Below, piece by piece: positions 1-14,317 of a stretch of DNA of 64,000 bases. Both the position numbers and the translations under genes were made by a program. This DNA comes from Kudoa neothunni (Eukaryota > Animalia > Cnidaria). The stretch lies in contig OZ199839.1 of assembly GCA_964304625.1 (NCBI GenBank), positions 11,128,847-11,192,846 of the forward strand, read 5' to 3'. Under the pieces are notes generated by a model that was not told where the DNA came from, searched no databases, and was given only the letters and a program-made list of their open reading frames with translations. Numbering within the stretch: position 1 is the first letter of the stretch; the number at the start of each line of letters is the position of its first letter.

Positions 1-1197
1 ATGATTATACCTGGTTTTTTTAGTGCTGTTATTCAACTCTCCACACAACGATATTCGGCAGTCAAATGTGGAAGGGGAAACCAGCCGGATTACTGGTACT
101 CTTGGAGTCGGGAGAATATGATAAACTAGTGTAGAGAAAAATTGATGAGTGGGCTAAAATATTGAATACATCTCGACATACGTTTGGGTGGAGGTTTTTC
201 TGAGTCTGTTAGGGCGGGGGTGAGTTAGAAGGGCTTCCATCAATAGCCAACGACGAAATTTTATCAGATAGAAACTACAACGACATAATTACAACAAATT
301 CATAGTCATGGTTGTAAACCGTAATGTCATTATCGGATGTGAAACTGAGACTATCTTCATCATCCACAACTATAAACACAGTTTATTAAAAATGTATTTA
401 ATGCCATGATGGACAAATATTAGTGTTGAGAATTACTGTTAGATTGTTGACAGGAAGTCGTTGTGTGGTGAGACTGCAATTTTTGACCTAAAAATATTGA
501 TGTCAATAGATTGTTGGCTAATAGTGGTAGTGAAAATGATTCCTAAATTTAAAAATACCGTCTTAGGTAGCTCGCCCCATTCCCATTCGGAAACACTTTT
601 CGAAGGACGACCCGACATATCATCCACTTCTGATTCGCTCATTGCACGCTTTCTGCAGACAACAAATTCAATCACATTGAAAAATACGAAAAATACGAAC
701 TTTTTATCAGCTACATAGTCGTAAACTTCCGAATCGGACAACACATTAAAGATTTCTTGTTGATTTGGTTGCGCACGTTGGCTTTTAACCTAAAAGAGTT
801 CATTTCAAATAGATTCTGGTGTGATTTCGACAAATACAGTGGAATCAATGCTGGTGGTTTTCAATTTGTTCACAGTTGCTTGATGCAAACAACTTTTACA
901 ATCACACTGTTCGTTTGGACGAGGAAAATATGCTTCGCCAGCCCCTCCAAGCTTCATTTTTACATCAACTGGCTTACCATTAACTGTTATGTCAACACGT
1001 CGTTCTTTCGGTTGCAAAACATCATATTTTCCAAATTTCACGTGAAATGGAGACGATTTGTAGGTGATCAGTCGTTCACCGTCAACTATCTGCTCATCCT
1101 TCACCACTACCACATCGATGGCTCCGGTAAGATTGGATGGATTGATTTCATCATAGAAATACTTAAATCCAGTAACAAATTTTCCCAAATAATTCAT
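1..1197 (-). CDS. LPIN: Lipin / phosphatidate phosphatase, 5' portion (multi-exon, continues beyond the left edge)
   Basis: N-LIP domain: MNYLGKFV...NPSNLTGAIDVVVV...SSPFHVKFGK...VDITVNG...MKLGGAGEAYF, then WEWGELP. ~50-nt GT-AG introns (e.g. 790-837). Confidence 0.92.
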
Positions 1198-3614
1198 CCT
1201 GTAGACATGTACGCGAGTCTTTTGACTATAATGATATCGCGCAGTATGTTGACCTCAGATAAGTAGATACGCTGGTTGGATTATTGCTAACTTTAACAGG
1301 TCGTTAGAACTGCAGCTGTGATAACACGGCCTAAATCCTACAATCTATTCTTTATTGTTGATATTGATAGATTCTTTCAATAACAATCGGAAGTGATTGC
1401 ATTTGAAATTGTGACAGTTTTTTAAGAGAATGGTTTGATTGATTTCTTAGCAACACCCTTCCCTACATCCGATCATAAGATCATTCAATTAATTTCTTTA
1501 TATTAAGTATGCTAGTTAATAAACATTAACTATACATATTGAAATATATGATTTATCATTTATTTGATTCAATAAATACGTGTAAATGCCCCTTGGGAGT
1601 AGTTATTTACGAGGGTTAGTAGGGTTGTAATGAGATATTATTTCCAATCAAAAAATTTAATAGTTTTACTCGATTAAGAGTTTGTCAATTAGGCTGAAAT
1701 GAAGCTTTGATTTGAATAGTATGAATTAACCCACTCCTGCTTATTCACAGTTGGTCCCAAAGAATTTTGATTATAAATAACACTTACTGAACTTTATTGT
1801 GTTTGGCAACTAAGTGAAGACATTTTGCTGTCTTAAATATTTATAAATTTATATAGGTTACATAAAATGGTAATAAATTAGGACAACGAGAAATTCTACA
1901 TTATTCATAAAAATAGGTAAGTATGACGATCGAGATTAAGTTATTATTGATACATTCGTTTGTATCCGACGTGAGACCATTAACAAAATAAATTTGTCTT
2001 TTTTCTCAATTCAATATTTAGTTTCATCTTATAGTTTAAAAATATAGCTGTTCCTGTTGTTAAGGAGATAATCAATCATAAATAAGGTACACATTTGCGT
2101 GATGACCATTTTTAATCCTAGCAGCTCCTATTTGTAGCTGATGTACTTGATTAGTTTTTAGAATCACCAAGTTTTAATAACTTCACGCCCATTGTAATGT
2201 AATGATGAGCCGGGAATAATTAAATATAGTCAAAACTATACCTACCTGAATAGTATGGTCCATGGCAATAACCACTTCCTCATTTTTATTACAAAATCAC
2301 TTTTGGAGTAATAAATAATGAGATATTCCTCCTGCACTAAAAATGGTACGAAATAATAACATTTTTAATGTCACAATCATCTAACAGACCGATGCGTCTT
2401 CTCAATAAAACTAAACCACACTCAAACCTGGATATTATTAATATAATATTGAGGTTTTTGACTTGAAATGATCTTAGACAATTCCATAATGTGAATGTCA
2501 ACGTGTAAACTTTACCAACTGCTCAATTATAATGAATAAAAGCGATTTTTGTAACCATTATTTTGTTGAAGAATTTAATATTGTTCTTATCTATCGACAA
2601 ATATATATGCCGTATTATTATTGATTTATTTTGGAATAATTGTTTACCCTACACCTTAGAATTAAATATTTTCATTAAACATCAACATCATTTAAAAATT
2701 TTAATATTTGGGATAAAAACTCTAATAACTTAACTCTGCTTCATATTTAAATAAGCCTGCTTGTGTGAAAAATATCCATTTAAAGTTCTAATCGTGTCCT
2801 GCAGGGGTCGAATGGTCATGCTAAACTATAAGGCGTCCCAGAATGTATATATAAATCCTTTAGCCGTAATGTATGTTTCATAATACATTTGAAAATTGAC
2901 TCGGTACATTTATATATCGATATTTTAAATCATATTGTTTAATTACAGCGCGAAAAAAATATAATGAACGTCCGGCATTATTTATTCGGAAATGGCGAGT
3001 TTTACCTAATTTTTTATTTCAAAATTTACCTGATTTTACTCACGTTGAGTGAAATATTTTCTATACTTAACTGATGGTTCATTATCGTAATGAACAATAA
3101 GTAAACGTCTCCATTCATCACAAAAAGATTAATAGCAACTAATTAGTAAAAATACGTTAAAAAGTTGTTTCAGGTAATATTTTAATCTTTATTTCTTTTT
3201 TAAACATTTATATTGAGAAAAAGGCGGATAATATTTATTTAACATTTTCTGATTTTCTATCAAGTTTCTCTGTGTATCAGAAAGATTGATTACACGAAAG
3301 GAGAATTATACAAGTACTGCCAAATAAAACAATTAAATTTATCACTGATCCCTCGCGGGTCGCTCGTTGCCGACCCTGGTCGATAATATTAAAAAAAATT
3401 AAAACCAGCTATATCTAGGTAAATTCTTATCTCAAACCAACTTTATTTATCCACTCATTTTACACAAAAATAGGACTGTAGTTTAAACAAAAATTTTAAT
3501 GTATACATTCGATTTCAGGGAGTTAGATATAAGCTCACCAGGAAAATGTTTAAATATTAGATAACAAAATAATTATCTCACCAACGTAATATTTTGGTCA
3601 ACTATACCTTAAAT

Positions 3615-4218
3615 CAGGGGTTCTCAAACGGGGGTAAAATTTAAATTATAGGAGGTAAATAAAATAACATCAAAATTAGATAGGGAGAATTTTTGCATCA
3701 CGGGTTTGCGACGTACTTCCGGATTTCTAAGGAATTTATTATTCAGGGCCATTAAACTCAATAAGAATTGGGCAAAAAACTCTTAAAATGATTTTAGGAA
3801 TAAGTACTTAACAGTTTTTATAAATCCAAGACCAATTTCTTCCTTTTATGCCTCGTTTATCTTTTAGAGGTGTAGCCTAATAATAATAATAATACTTAAA
3901 ATGAATATTTTAATGTTAAATAATATTCAAGTATCTCTAGTTTTGAATATTTTTAACTATTCCTAGTCCCTAAGTGCGAAGGATTGGGAAAGAATATATT
4001 TGATTTGGGAAAATCTAAAGAATAAAACCTGTATACATCTTATGAGCGAGTTGATAGAATTAAAAATTGTCATTATGCAACCATAAGTGTCTTTTAGGAT
4101 CAGAATTCCCCTTCAAATAGCCCCAGCTATAACTAAACCGGTATAAAACCTGAAATTAAACATGAATTCGGCTTGCAAGTTAAGGTGGTAAATTTTAAAA
4201 AGCGGTTGAGAACCATTG
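3615..4218 (+). mobile_element. hAT (Buster/Charlie-like) MITE, copy 1
   Basis: Ends CAGGGGTTCTCAAAC...GGTTGAGAACCATTG; interior homologous to 14318-14913 and 53736-54311; no ORF. Confidence 0.8.
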
Positions 4219-4381
4219 GATCAAAAATATAGGAATACAATTTCACAGCCCCAAAATGAAAATATTTTTCTTCCAATAAATAACACAAATAAATAATACT
4301 TGAATAAATTAGGATCAAAGTATTTTCTTTTTAAAATCAAAAATGATATTAGATTAAATCATGGTTACATGTGATACACGA

Positions 4382-6523
4382 TCAATATAGTTCACCGATG
4401 GGAGTTACAGAACGAAGCAATTCGTGAAAATTTTCAAACAGATTGCTACTTAGTGAAACCTTGTAGGGGTTAGGCATGATAAATTTAAGATGTTCTTTCC
4501 GCACTTTATGTAAATTGTCCTTAACTGTTTGTTTGAGTTGATGGATAGTGGGTAGAGGTTGCAGGATTTTTCCATTCTCAAGAAACACATAATGCAACTC
4601 CTCAACAACTGATGGAACTGCATTCACTCTGACTAGATCTTTAAAGGGATGCCTGCATAAGATTTTCTCATTGGCAACAGGAGGGTTTTCAGCTTCCAGC
4701 ATTAGAAGATCTACCGTAGCCAAATCTATCAGGGAATTTAATTAGAAATGGATTTTTGGCGAAATTCACTCTTGTTGTTGTACAGGCGGTATGCCTTTTT
4801 TTTGTACGGAATGGTAACTTTTTCTGAGTCGGCCGTGAGTTTGATGGTGGGTTGATTGTTTATTTGAACCAACTAGAAATGGATATCATTAGTCAACTTT
4901 TCTGGAATTGAATAAAAAGAAAAACTTTGAACACCAACCCAAGCGTTGTTTGTTGTTGGCAGGTTACAAGTTGATTTCCAATGCCAAACACATCGATATC
5001 ATGTCCCTTGATTGAGTTAGGATTTTCACCTGAACAAAAATATCCAAAAATCTACTTGTTGTTTCAACGAAATCAACACCGAGGTGCTAATATCATTGCT
5101 GGCCGTAATACAAAGACTTTCAAAGTAGTCAATTTTATATCTAAACAACAAATTATAAATACACATACAACGGAACAATCGAGTTCAAGAGAGTTGACCA
5201 AGAAATACTTTTGCGAAATATTACGAAATATCTTCCTACTGTAACGAGAGAAATAAGCGATATCACCAGAATCCACTCTTATGCCAATGGGTCTATAACC
5301 ACATTCATTCAGCGCGAGTGAAATGGCACAAAAGTTCGGTACCCCCGCTGCTATAAATAGGAATTAGTTAAATTAAACAAGGTGTGAATCAAACTTTAGA
5401 ACATTGTAAGTGTCAACAACAACCATAAAATTTGAGGGGTAAGCACAAGCAAACGCTGCAAATGCTTTCAATTCAGCTTCCACTGTGTTGGTAGCGGTAA
5501 GAAAAATCTCCTTTTGAATAATGCTTAAGTATTTTTTGCTCAACTCCAATAAATTGATCTTTTGGTCATTGTCATGCATCTATTCTGAGTGAATCACAAC
5601 CACGTACTCCGTGTGTTAAGATCTACTTTCACAAGATAGCTGTCTGGTGAATCAGGAAAATTCTCAGTGAATGATGAAACAAATGAATGAGCCACTGTCC
5701 CCGACAATGGCACACCAAAGTGCATTCCGCATAACACGTTGCTGGTGGAATCGAATCCTATTAAACGACAAGTCCAACCAAAATTACAATACAGTCGGGA
5801 ATACTTACCACCAATATACGACTTAACACTGGCGGTTATAGCTCCATTGGGACCTTGTGCTCGTCGTGATCCAAATTCCGAGAGAATACACTTCTCTCCT
5901 ACGATATGTCTGAAATGTACAGCATTTGTGGTGATCAGACTGGAATAATTCACGAAATTCAATATGGCAGTTTCTAACAGTTGAATAACTAAAAAGGGGG
6001 AGATGAAGTGAATTCGAATTTTTCATCATGGTTCACTTTCCACATTAACGAAAACACCTACCTAGAATCGGTCCCTCCAATATAATCAATGGAATGTTAG
6101 GAAATACAACAGCACCTTCTTTGCAGGCTGTCAATTTGATATTTTTTGTGTTAACACCCAACAAATAACTATAAAATTCTTCTTCTACTTGATCGGGAAG
6201 TTGTTTTTTGATAAAATCAATGTCTATAGAGTTTATAAAAAACCGTCACTTCAATTTGGTCAGTTACGATGGGGAAGAATTCTAAAATGGGTCACATAAT
6301 GTAGCACTTCGGTGAGACCAGTGAATATGGTGAATTCACCTCCAAAAGGATTTTTTCGAAAGTAAACATCGAACACCGCATGGTCATTATGTTTCCTAGA
6401 TTTCCAATATGCGTATGCCATTTTACATTGATAATAATCAGTAAACATGGCGTCCAATGCAGTAGCTGTTAAAACACTTTTACCATAAAACTGGTTGGTT
6501 GACGAGTCAAACGATTCAGCCAT
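4382..6523 (-). CDS. NAPRT: Nicotinate phosphoribosyltransferase (~9 exons; one apparent +1 frameshift at 5342-5346)
   Basis: [46 protein letters not shown] (phospho-His motif), [43 protein letters not shown]. Confidence 0.95.
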
Positions 6524-7058
6524 AGTAATTTATTGATAGTAGATGGAGTCTTGTAGCGAGTGGCTGCTAATGCTAGGTTTGATCAGCTGAAACAAAACTG
6601 GATAATCCGGGAAGGTTTAACACGAGGATTTTCACACATACTGAATGTATTGAGAAATGACACAACTCTAACTTTTTCGGTCGGAAACATTTTAAATCAC
6701 TTAACTCCGCGACATTCCTTACAGTGCAATAAGACAGAATGTAATTCAAATACTATTTTCAAATAAACCCCCCTAAATCAAGGAATTCATGGGCTGCGCG
6801 CACGTTCATTTCTTGTATTAAAAACTAGTAAATAATTCCTGCTAATTTCTTACAGCCTATTTATTCCTATTAATAGCACAAATATTTACAATATTTATTA
6901 ATTGTAAAATTATTTTTAATTAATTAAATTTTAGATAATAATATTTGAATGAAAGTCATTAAACTTAATGCACACAAAGCATAGCGATGTAGTTTGATAG
7001 TCAACATTTTATTATGCGATAAAACAACAAGTGTGTACATTTTTCGAATAAAAATATA

Positions 7059-7536
7059 TCAAAATTTCACAACTTTAATCTGTTTAAGTTTTTTATTGAG
7101 GGGAGTTGGTGCTTCATTCGGTCGGTTTCTTTTGTTACCTATGTCATGTGTTAAAAGTTGTTCAGCTACCAAAATCAAAATTCCTGTACTTTTCTTGGAT
7201 ATCTTCGTTGGTTTTTCCACATCATCGTCCAGTTGAAGGTTATTCTCAGTGAAATTAGATCTATACACGGATTAGTGAGTGTGTGGGTTTATAAATGATT
7301 GAATCAATTACTTTTCTAGTAACGACTCATCAAAATCATCCAAAATATCATCGGCCGACCTGTGACTCTCTCCAGCTTTTCTAATCTTATAAATTCAAAA
7401 ATTTAATTAGCAACATTTGTATATTCTTGTGTTGATTTAAACGTACTTTAGTCGAATTGGCTTTTCTTTGTTCTACTAACACGCTCCATGGCGTTGCTTC
7501 TTCAAGCTGCTTCTTGTAGGTGGCTATTCTTGGCAT
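7059..7536 (-). CDS. Small spliced charged orphan protein (~105-120 aa)
   Basis: MPRIATYKKQLEEATPWSVLVEQRKANSTK | IRKAGESHRSADDILDDFDESLLEK | SNFTENNLQLDDDVEKPTK...KKLKQIKVVKF*, joined in frame by GT-AG introns; GC palindrome immediately upstream. Confidence 0.6.
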
Positions 7537-8439
7537 TCTGCGTGCGCATTGTACGAGAAATCAAAATTAATATTTTCTGATTATATTCTAAACACAATAA
7601 GTGGTACAGTCAGACCATAATATTGATCGGTTTAACTTTTCTGTACGTTCATTATTTTTTAATCAATTATATTAATTTTTATGTGCGTCATTTGTTGCGA
7701 ATTATTTAAATTGATCTTCAATATATATTTTAATGAAATTTTAATTATCTAAATGTGGTATTTAAATTTATTGATGTAATCGGCGCGCTCACATAAGAAA
7801 TGCCCTATAAAAATGCAGTTCCAATGAAAAAATTTAATGATTTAAAAATAATAATAATAATAATAATATCCAGATGAGAGTAATTTGTACGGTAAATAAA
7901 TAATTAAATACAACTAATTCTAAAAAATAAAATTTATATATCAACAAAGCGCAATCTTGGAGTTAGGAACACTTTTACGTTTGAAAACATATAGAAAGGG
8001 TATTCAGAACAACTCGGGTTGGAACAAAACAAAGAAAATAAACTTAGGAAGAATAGCCGTAGAATCAAATTTTGCGACAGTCATCGAAGGAGAAACTCTT
8101 ATAATTTATCGTATAACAACCAACAAATATTTTACATTTTATGGAAAACAAATAATTTTTTACACATATTGGAACATTTTAAATAACAAAAGAATTGTAA
8201 CTTTTGAAATCCAATTATTTCCAGCGCGTAAATTCCTTGATATGTGTATGAGAAAAATATTTAATAAATAAATATATAATCTTTATATTAAATATATTAA
8301 ATATGCAATATTTATTATTGTTTAAGAATTAGTCCAATCGTAAAAAATTTGAAGTAACTTTTAATTTTTTAAAAATGCTACTAAAAAAAGTTGATTAGTT
8401 AGTCTAGTCTAATTTTTGCACAATGATAAACCTGTTTCA

Positions 8440-8620
8440 AGTAATCTCTTTGGGACCATAGAAATGAGCTTGAATTTGGCCACTCACGTGACTTTTAGTT
8501 ATAATATTGAGCAATTTTTCAAAATTATTCTTTTAACAACTTAGGTTGAAATGATATTGTATAATAACAAATGTTAACACTCAAATTAAATATGTTTTTA
8601 AAAGTGCGTGAAATCGTACT
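8440..8620. repeat. Terminal fragment of the pogo-like family found at 24350-26036
   Basis: TCACGTGACTTTTAG...GTTTTTAAAAGTGCGTGAAAT matches 25860-26030. Confidence 0.55.
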
Positions 8621-9066
8621 TGTGTGCAATTTTTTACCTACCGTATTTAAATTTAAATTAAATTATTTTACATTCAATAAAACCTATTTTTAAGATTTAA
8701 ATATTATTTACATATTTAATGTTATTAAAGGAATTTCCTTATCTTATAGAAACTGTTATATTCGGGCATTATGCGCATGCGTGCAACGATAAAAAGAGAA
8801 TCAAATTAACATTTTATGTAATATTGACTTAAAAAATATTAATAATTTGATAATAAAAAATTATTATTTTATTAAAATGAATAATAAGAATAGAAATATT
8901 TGCATTACCTTTTATATAAATTTCCTGAAAATTTTTTAAACAAAATTATTGGATGAGTGATAAGTGTATAATGTGTATGAACAGCTGATTCGACGATATC
9001 ACAATACCTGTCTATATGATCTTAATATTTATGCGCACCATATTGCAAATAATGGATTAGTGATAG

Positions 9067-12000
9067 ATGTGGGTGTGCACACGGCGTCAAAAGAACCTCT
9101 TAAGATGGTTATCTAATGGAGAAGCTATTGCAACTTTGACAAATCCTAAACAAAACATCACCAAAAATGCGGGTGATGCCGGAAATAAGGTCGTATCATC
9201 ATCCCAAAAGAAGGAGAAAAACCATCATAGACTTGATGAGAACGAACGAGGAAGATACAATGCGTTGGGCATCAAAATGTTAAGCAAATCACTCCATCGT
9301 CAAGTGTTTGGAAAAGAGGTGGACAAAGAGTATAGAAACAAATTAGAAAAAACAATCAACAGCTTACTGACGCATGGATTGCTAAAAGATTCGAATGAAC
9401 GCATCGATCCAGATATTGAATTTGTTATGCCTAAACTACGCGGAAGATCACTTGAGGAACATTTCTTCCAAATTGGCAACGAATTCAGCTACCCTTACAA
9501 AGCATTAGCAGACGATTTTGTAACTAAAAATGCGGAGGTGTATCCCAAAGAATTTATCATGCAGAGTGGTTGGACAAGATATTCCACCAAAAATGATGAG
9601 CCACCTCAAAAGGTGAAGTACCCTGAAGATCCGATATTGGTTTTCGATGTGGAAACATCAGTCACTGCAAACAACATTCCAGTCATGGCCAGCGCATTTT
9701 CAAGCGAATATTGGTACAGCTGGGTGAGTCCATTTCTTATGAGTTGCTCCAGTCCACAGAAACCTGATTTTCATACCCTACCAGGAGAGCTACCGTTGAA
9801 TGCTTTTATTCCATTTGGCAATCGCACAAACCGTCCTCAACTTATTATTGGTCATAATGTGTCATTTGATCGGTCCTACATAGCTGAGGAATACAATCCT
9901 CAGCCTGGTCAACGTTATTTCATGGACACACTTAGTCTTCATCAGTGTGTGGGTGGGTTTGCGACAAGTCAACGCAAACGCGCCAAAACCACACGATTCT
10001 TTTTCAAAGACCTAGAAGATGTGTACTTTGAGCAGGTGAACCTTCAAAAGATAGGTGGCAGAACGAAAGAGAAAAATGCCGAATGGTTGGAATGTGGTTC
10101 GTTTGACGATTTGAATTCGCTGGCAATGTTCTATTTGAATCAACCCACCGAGAAGTCCACAAGAGATATGTTTGTGGGAGGTAGTATGGCGTTGATTAGA
10201 GACAACTTTCAAAAGCTGATGAGCTACTGTGCTCATGATGTACTGGTGACATTCGCTATATTTAAACAGTTGTGGCCTATTTTCCTCCAACATAGTTCAA
10301 GCCCAGTTTCGCTGGCCGGAATTCTAATGCTCAGCAAGTGTTACCTTCCTATCAATAACAACTGGAAATCGTATGTGAATAGTTCGGATATGGTTTTTGC
10401 TAACTATGCCAACGAGATGAGCAACACATTGAAAAAGTGTGCTATTGATACACTCAAAGAAGGTATGCAATCTTCATCGATAAAAGACAATAATCTCTGG
10501 GTTAAACACTTGGATTGGTCGGTTAATTTGCCTCGAGTTAAAAATTACTATCTCTCAAATCAGCAACATCGGCAAATCAAAGAGAAATCCTCGAAATCAA
10601 AACAAATTGCTAAAACTACTCCTAATCAAAATGGCCAGTGGCCAAATTGTAAAGTACCCGACTTGATTGGTACCGCTAGTGTCAAAAATACATCTATTTG
10701 GGCTACCCCAAAGTATTTTTATGCGTCTGCAACACTAACTCTAACACATATTCTATAATTGGTTTTATTCGAATAGATGGTATAATAAAGTTGTGGGTAT
10801 GTTTGATTCGATCGAGAAAACCGGACTCTCACCTGACAATATTGAGACCAAGGACCGAATCGTACCATCTATTCTTAAAATGAGTTGGAATGGTTGGCCA
10901 ATTGTATATAATCGATTGTTGGGTTGGGGCTATTTGCTTCAATCTGAAGCTCTCACCAACAACCAAATCAATATCATGGGAGAAGTGGTGACCCCTGACA
11001 ATGCCACAAAATGGACTCCAACCTATCATGTTTTTGATTTCAAAAAATTCCATGCATTAAACCTTCGCACAAAAAATGAATTTAATGTGGTGGATTATGA
11101 TACTACCCCAACCGAAGTCAGAGGGCGTTTTCTATTGGAGCACTTTTTTAATGTAAACGCCGGTCCTGTAGATGCACTGTTTCTCAGTGAAAATCAACAA
11201 CCGATAAGATTTGATGATTTTCTTAATATGGTGGCTTTCAAACTTCCTCACTACGAAGGTTACGTTTTTGTACCTATTCCTCATCCAGTAATTTTTTTGG
11301 GCTCCTCAAAATCTTGTGTCTAATTGTTATGTGATTTTGGTGATAGTCCGGAATAAAGAAAACCTGCGGAAATCCGTTGGCTAGAGACTACGCATTGCAT
11401 GTGTTGAGTGGAAAAATGCTTCCACTCTGTGGAGAAATTGGAATTCGATTTTATCAACTTTTCCTTGGTTCTTCCTATTGGCAAAATAATCAAGATCGTA
11501 TAAAGTGACTACTACAATTTTTGGAAACTTATATATTCATGGTTATTATAGAAAACAAATAGTAGGAAGATTCGGAAATGTACTTCCGTTCGATTATAGG
11601 GAAGAGTAATTATTATTGATTTGTTTTCGAAAATTACACGAATATTGAATTAGGCCAGAGCAAGATTCGATAGGAGCGATTGTTCCTAGACTTGTTCCTT
11701 GTGGCACTATTACCAGAAGGGCTGTGGAAAGAACTTGGTTGACTGCTAGCAATCCACAGGTATATCTAAACATTCCAATAAACACTAGCAACAATCAACA
11801 ATTTTGTAACCAATCAAATGTAGCAAGGAATGATAGGAAGTGAAATGAAATCAGCCATTCAGGCACCTAAAGGGTTTGTGTTTGTGGGCGCTGATGTAGA
11901 CAGCGAAGAACTGTGGTTGGCAAGTTTGCTGGGTGATGCAGCAGTGGGTGGTTTTCATGGATCCACGCCTTTCAGCTATATGAATATTGCTGGAAAAGCG

Positions 12001-13431
12001 GCCACCAAAACCGATTTACATTCAGTTACTGCTCGTGCGATTGGAATAAGTCGAGATTCGGCCAAGGTATTTATTGATTTTTTTGAATCGACGGTGGGTT
12101 CCACCCAAAAATTACATTTAAAATCAAATGTAGGTGATCAACTACAGTCGACTATATGGAGCCGGACATAAGTTAGCCATAAGTCAAATGTTGTTGTCTG
12201 ATGCTGAAATCACAGTGAAGGATGCTATAATAAAAGCTTGCTACCTGTTTAATTTTACCAAAGGTTTAAAAATGTAAGCTAATTGTGAATATTTAGCCTT
12301 TACTTATGTCGAATTATTATTGGTTATCGAATTTAGCCTTAAGCTTAATTCCAAAGGTGTCGCATTGATGAAAGTGTACCAAAGAAAATATCCTCAAGCT
12401 GCCCCGCTGCCAACTATAATAACAAAAAAGGTTATTGCACAAATCATGAGAAAACTAAATATATCTACGTAATATTAATAAGCTTTTGATAAATTTATTA
12501 ATATTTTTTAACGAATAGTTCAAAAATCAATAGATATGGCACATTTGTTTGGAAGGGCGGTAGGTAATTTGGTTAATGAATGACTTTTTTTAAGTTGATT
12601 CAATTTTATTAACATCCTGTCCTATTTGTATAGTGAATCAGAAATATTTAATCTAATTGATCAATTCACTTATGTGGATTTCCCTCGAACTCCTTTTCTC
12701 GGGGCTCAAATGTCCAATGGATTGGCTACCTTTTTTACTAAAAATAAAGTAATACATATTGTGTGCTGTTTCATCCATTTTTTTGATCTTTGTTTTTTCC
12801 AGTTTCGACCATGCAAATTCAACTGGACCATTCAATCGTCAGCAGTTGACTTTTTGCACACATTCCTTGTGACAGTGTATTGGCTGTTCAGTTTATTACG
12901 AATTCCTGCCCGTACGATTATATGTGTTCATGATGAGGTAGGTAGGCTAAACTTGTTTTATTTTTTTCGCCAATCAAAAGACATATTACCATTGAGTAAT
13001 CTGTCTAAATTGTGATAAACTAGATACGTTTGATGGTACGCGAAGAAAGAGCTATTGAGGCCGCCTTCGCGTTGCACATCGGCAATCTGTTAACCCGTGC
13101 TTTGTTTTGTCAAAAGGTTGGAATCAACGATCTTCCACAGGTTATTATTCTATATTATGAAAAATCATTTGTGTTTATGTTTTATTTTTGTAGAAAAACG
13201 CTTTTTTCGAAAGTGTAGAAGTGGACACTATTATTCGTAAAAAACCCAACGACAAATGTGTCACTCCCTCCAACCCTGATGGTATGGTCATCAATACAGC
13301 ATGCGTAAATGGTAACATTTTTTGACTTCTAAAAAATAATTTGTTACACTTCTTTAGGGAAATCCTACACTATGCCAGATTGTTTGAATATATTGGGAAA
13401 CGAAGTTTTTCTTAATAAGAAATCGAATTAA
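9067..13431 (+). CDS. POLG: Mitochondrial DNA polymerase gamma catalytic subunit, ~14 exons, reading frame intact
   Basis: Exo I VFDVET, Exo [15 protein letters not shown], Exo III YCAHDV; [17 protein letters not shown]; motif [11 protein letters not shown], motif [17 protein letters not shown], motif C VHDEIR; CVTPSNPDG; Arg-rich presequence-like N-terminus. Confidence 0.97.
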
Positions 13432-14317
13432 TATTTGTTAATAACATTTTTTCTTTATTGTAGATATTTTATATATAACCTTTTTGTTTTTGAACTAAGT
13501 TTTACCGACCAGGTCGTTCTTTAACCTTATGAAAAAGTGAGGTCAATTTAACCATGAATCAAACTTAATTTGTCGCCAATTTTTTGGTTGACAAAAAATT
13601 GTCAAATTCAGACTATTTTAATAAATTTCTATGGTGATTATATTCTATTTATTTTTTTAAAAGGAATGGAAGTTTTGTATAAAATTTACTTTCCGATGGT
13701 ATTGGATCAAATTGACTCCATTTTTTGTAATTTTATTGTCCAATAAAATTACACTCTATCGATTATGATATTTTTTTATTCGTATTGATTAAATATTAAG
13801 CAAAATATTGCAGAATCTGATATATAAGCTCATCGAACATTGCATAAATTTTGTTAAGAATAAACATCCATGAAACACATTTTAATCAATTGCTCATTGA
13901 GTAAAAAATAGAAATGATAGAATTGACACTGCTAATTTTTTGTAATTTGAAAACTGCTATAAAATATTATTTGGAGCAGTCGAATCATTTTTATGAGTAT
14001 TTTTGCCAATTCAAGCAACGTGTTGATATTTTATTGTAATTTTCATGTGGACGAAAATAGCTAAGCGACATTTTCTCATTTTGTTGACAGAATAATGGTA
14101 ATATTGCAGAAGGGCCTTTTCTTGTAAAATCATTTTTTTATCATTTATTTTAACGAGCAGTTGATACAATTCTTCGAATCTTTACATCAAGAAAGTATGC
14201 CGAGATTTACTCTCGTTGTTAATAATAATTATGAACGACGCAAATACATCCACCAATGGAAAATCAACTATAAACAATAAAACAATAATTTTCTATCTTC
14301 TGTTAAATCTTCTAGCG

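Noticed and set aside
757-1266. 169-aa plus-strand ORF and other antisense ORFs (e.g. 10012-10293, 43020-43283, 60472-60876, 61192-61509)
   Set aside because: Shadows of real exons on the opposite strand; no recognisable motifs.
3350-3381. GC hairpin GGGTCG...CGACCC (similar one near 49095) resembling a Helitron-type end
   Set aside because: Too short, and no second end or coding remnant was found.
13520-14240. Inverted repeat (13528-13553 / 13704-13730) with a possible piggyBac relic
   Set aside because: Similarity too degraded to assign by eye.
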